Origin: a virus
Taxonomy: Duplodnaviria; Heunggongvirae; Uroviricota; Caudoviricetes
DNA length: 6,902 nucleotides
Virus record (IMG/VR): IMGVR_UViG_2711768074_000020
Location: 1 to 6,902 of that record
Strand: one strand, 5' to 3'
The position numbers and the translations under genes were made by a program. Below the pieces are notes generated by a model, which worked only from the letters and a program-made list of their open reading frames with translations, was not told the origin of the DNA and did no database searches. Shown here in pieces: positions 5,508 to 6,902 of this stretch. The first letter of the stretch is position 1, and each line of letters starts with the position of its first letter.

Positions 5508-6692
5508 ATGAGTGAAACTCGTTTTCATGGTGCCCGTGTTACGGAAAATACCGACCTGGTAACAGCGATTAACGATGTTGATTCCAGCGTTATCGGTATC
5601 GTGGTAACGGCGGATGATGCGGACGCGAAGCTGTTCCCGCTGAACAAGCCCACACTGCTGACCCGCGTCAATGACGTGCTGGGAAAATGCGGAACAACGG
5701 GGACGCTTTATCGTGCGCTTAAGGCCATCGCAGACCAGGTGAGCACAAAGGTGATCGTCGTTCGCGTGGCTGAACACAAAGAAGAAGACGAAAAGACGCA
5801 GGATCAACTGGTTATCGGTGGTTCTGAGGATGACGGCAGCTATACGGGGATGTATGCGCTGCTTGTTGCAGAGCAGGATGAAAGCATCGGATACCGTCCG
5901 CGTATTCTGGCCGCGCCGGAGCTGGACACGGAGGCGGTGACAAAATCCCTGTGCGTGATTGCGGGTAAACTGCGCGCATTTGTGTATGCCTCATGTCACG
6001 GCTGTAACACGATGGCTGAAGCGATTACCTACCGCCAGAAATTCAACGAACGTGAAGTGATGCTCTTATGGCCGGACTTCATCGCCTACAACCCGAAAAG
6101 TGGCGAAAACGAAACGTTCCCCGCGCCTGCTTATGCGTGCGGCCTTCGTGCGTACATTGACCATGAGCAGGGCTGGCACAAATCGCTGTCCAACGTTCCG
6201 GTTAAAAATGTGCTGGGGATGTCGAGGCATGTGTTCTGGTCGTTGCAGGCCGAAGACAGCGATGCCAACAGCCTCAACAACAAAGAAATCACGACCATTA
6301 TTCGTCGCAACGGGTTCCGCTTCTGGGGCAACCGCACACCGGAAACGAACGCCTACATTTTTGAGGTGTATACCCGAACCGCACAGGTGCTGGCTGATTC
6401 AATTGCGGAAGCGCAGTTTGAAACCATCGACAGTCCACTGACGCCTGCGAACGTGAAGGATGTTATCAGTGCCATCAGGGCAAAACTGGATTCACTGGTT
6501 ACTGCCGGGAAACTGATTGGCGCAGAGTGCTGGTATGACGTGGTGGATAACAGCACCACGGATTTACGTCAGGGGCGTGTGCGTATTCGCTACAAATATA
6601 CGCCCGTTCCGCCACTGGAAGACATGGAGCTTTACCAGACGTTTACTGATGAATACTTTGAACCCGCATTTGCGGTGCTGGGAGGTGCCTGA
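5508..6692 (+). CDS. FI: P2 FI-like contractile tail sheath protein
   Basis: 394-codon ORF; motifs FPLNKP, GFRFWGNRT, YTRTAQV, HEQGWHKSLSNV and YKYTPVPPLED match the recalled P2-family tail sheath; the stop overlaps the next start (TGATG). Confidence 0.85.
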   Translation: MSETRFHGARVTENTDLVTAINDVDSSVIGIVVTADDADAKLFPLNKPTLLTRVNDVLGKCGTTGTLYRALKAIADQVSTKVIVVRVAEHKEEDEKTQDQLVIGGSEDDGSYTGMYALLVAEQDESIGYRPRILAAPELDTEAVTKSLCVIAGKLRAFVYASCHGCNTMAEAITYRQKFNEREVMLLWPDFIAYNPKSGENETFPAPAYACGLRAYIDHEQGWHKSLSNVPVKNVLGMSRHVFWSLQAEDSDANSLNNKEITTIIRRNGFRFWGNRTPETNAYIFEVYTRTAQVLADSIAEAQFETIDSPLTPANVKDVISAIRAKLDSLVTAGKLIGAECWYDVVDNSTTDLRQGRVRIRYKYTPVPPLEDMELYQTFTDEYFEPAFAVLGGA

Positions 6693-6902
6693 TGGCTGTG
6701 CCAAAACATCTTCGCTTTTTTACGCTGTTTGTGGATGGTGAAAACGAAGTGGGTAAGGTGACGTCCGTCACTCTGCCCAAACTGACGCGCAAAACCGACA
6801 GCTACCGGGGGGGCGGCATGATGGGTGCGGTAAGTATTGATCTCGGTCTGGACGACTCCGCGCTTGATGCGAGCTTTGTCATGGGGGGCGCAGTTCGTGA
6901 GC
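6692..6902 (+). CDS. FII: P2 FII-like tail tube protein (5' portion; runs off the window end)
   Basis: Translated by hand: MAVPKHLRFFTLFVDGENEVGKVTSVTLPKLTRKTDSYRGGGMMGAVSIDLGLDDSALDASFVMGGAVRE, matching the recalled P2 FII N-terminus (VTLPKLTRK, YRG-G-M, DLGLDD); GGAGGT RBS 5 nt upstream; no stop before position 6902. Confidence 0.8.
   Translation, partial: MAVPKHLRFFTLFVDGENEVGKVTSVTLPKLTRKTDSYRGGGMMGAVSIDLGLDDSALDASFVMGGAVRE

Noticed and set aside
5397-5807. 136-aa minus-strand ORF overlapping the FI start
   Set aside because: Mostly antisense to the well-supported tail sheath gene; no RBS seen by eye and the product is low-complexity. The part in the intergenic spacer (5397..5507) could in principle be a remnant of an upstream gene 3' end, but I cannot support that.
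5812-6741. Alternative-frame ORFs inside FI (5812..5994 -, 6100..6441 +, 6131..6337 -, 6353..6559 -, 6517..6741 +)
   Set aside because: All lie within or antisense to the tail sheath and tail tube coding sequence; their Arg/Cys/Ser-rich composition is typical of out-of-frame translation of GC-rich coding DNA.
1-6902. CRISPR arrays, rRNA or tRNA genes
   Set aside because: No regularly spaced direct repeats and no rRNA- or tRNA-like sequence were seen anywhere in the window.

Overview
This window looks like part of a P2-like (Peduovirus-type) prophage late region in an enterobacterial chromosome, flanked and interrupted by AT-rich accessory DNA. From right to left: a tail sheath gene (FI-like, 5508..6692, +) and the start of a tail tube gene (FII-like, 6692..6902, +); a divergently oriented gpD-like baseplate hub gene (4241..5350, -); an AT-rich 340-aa cargo gene on the opposite strand (3098..4120, +) wedged between D and an Ogr-family zinc-finger activator gene (2646..2906, -); an unannotated 46-aa Hok/Gef-family type I toxin ORF (2315..2455, -); an AT-rich two-gene operon for a zinc-ribbon membrane protein and a secreted Cys-repeat protein (823..2053, -); a 20-bp perfect palindrome (752..795); and a hypothetical gene (61..555, -) whose 3' end runs into a 19-bp sequence nearly identical to the IS50/Tn5 terminal repeat (101..119). 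The most promising candidate for an undescribed system is the 340-aa cargo gene between D and ogr: it has moron-like features (opposite strand, markedly lower GC by eye, own RBS, promoter-like and terminator-like signals) and a C-terminal R-x4-H motif of the kind found in HEPN RNase-type abortive-infection proteins. All calls rest on reading the sequence and recalled family signatures; no database search was run.
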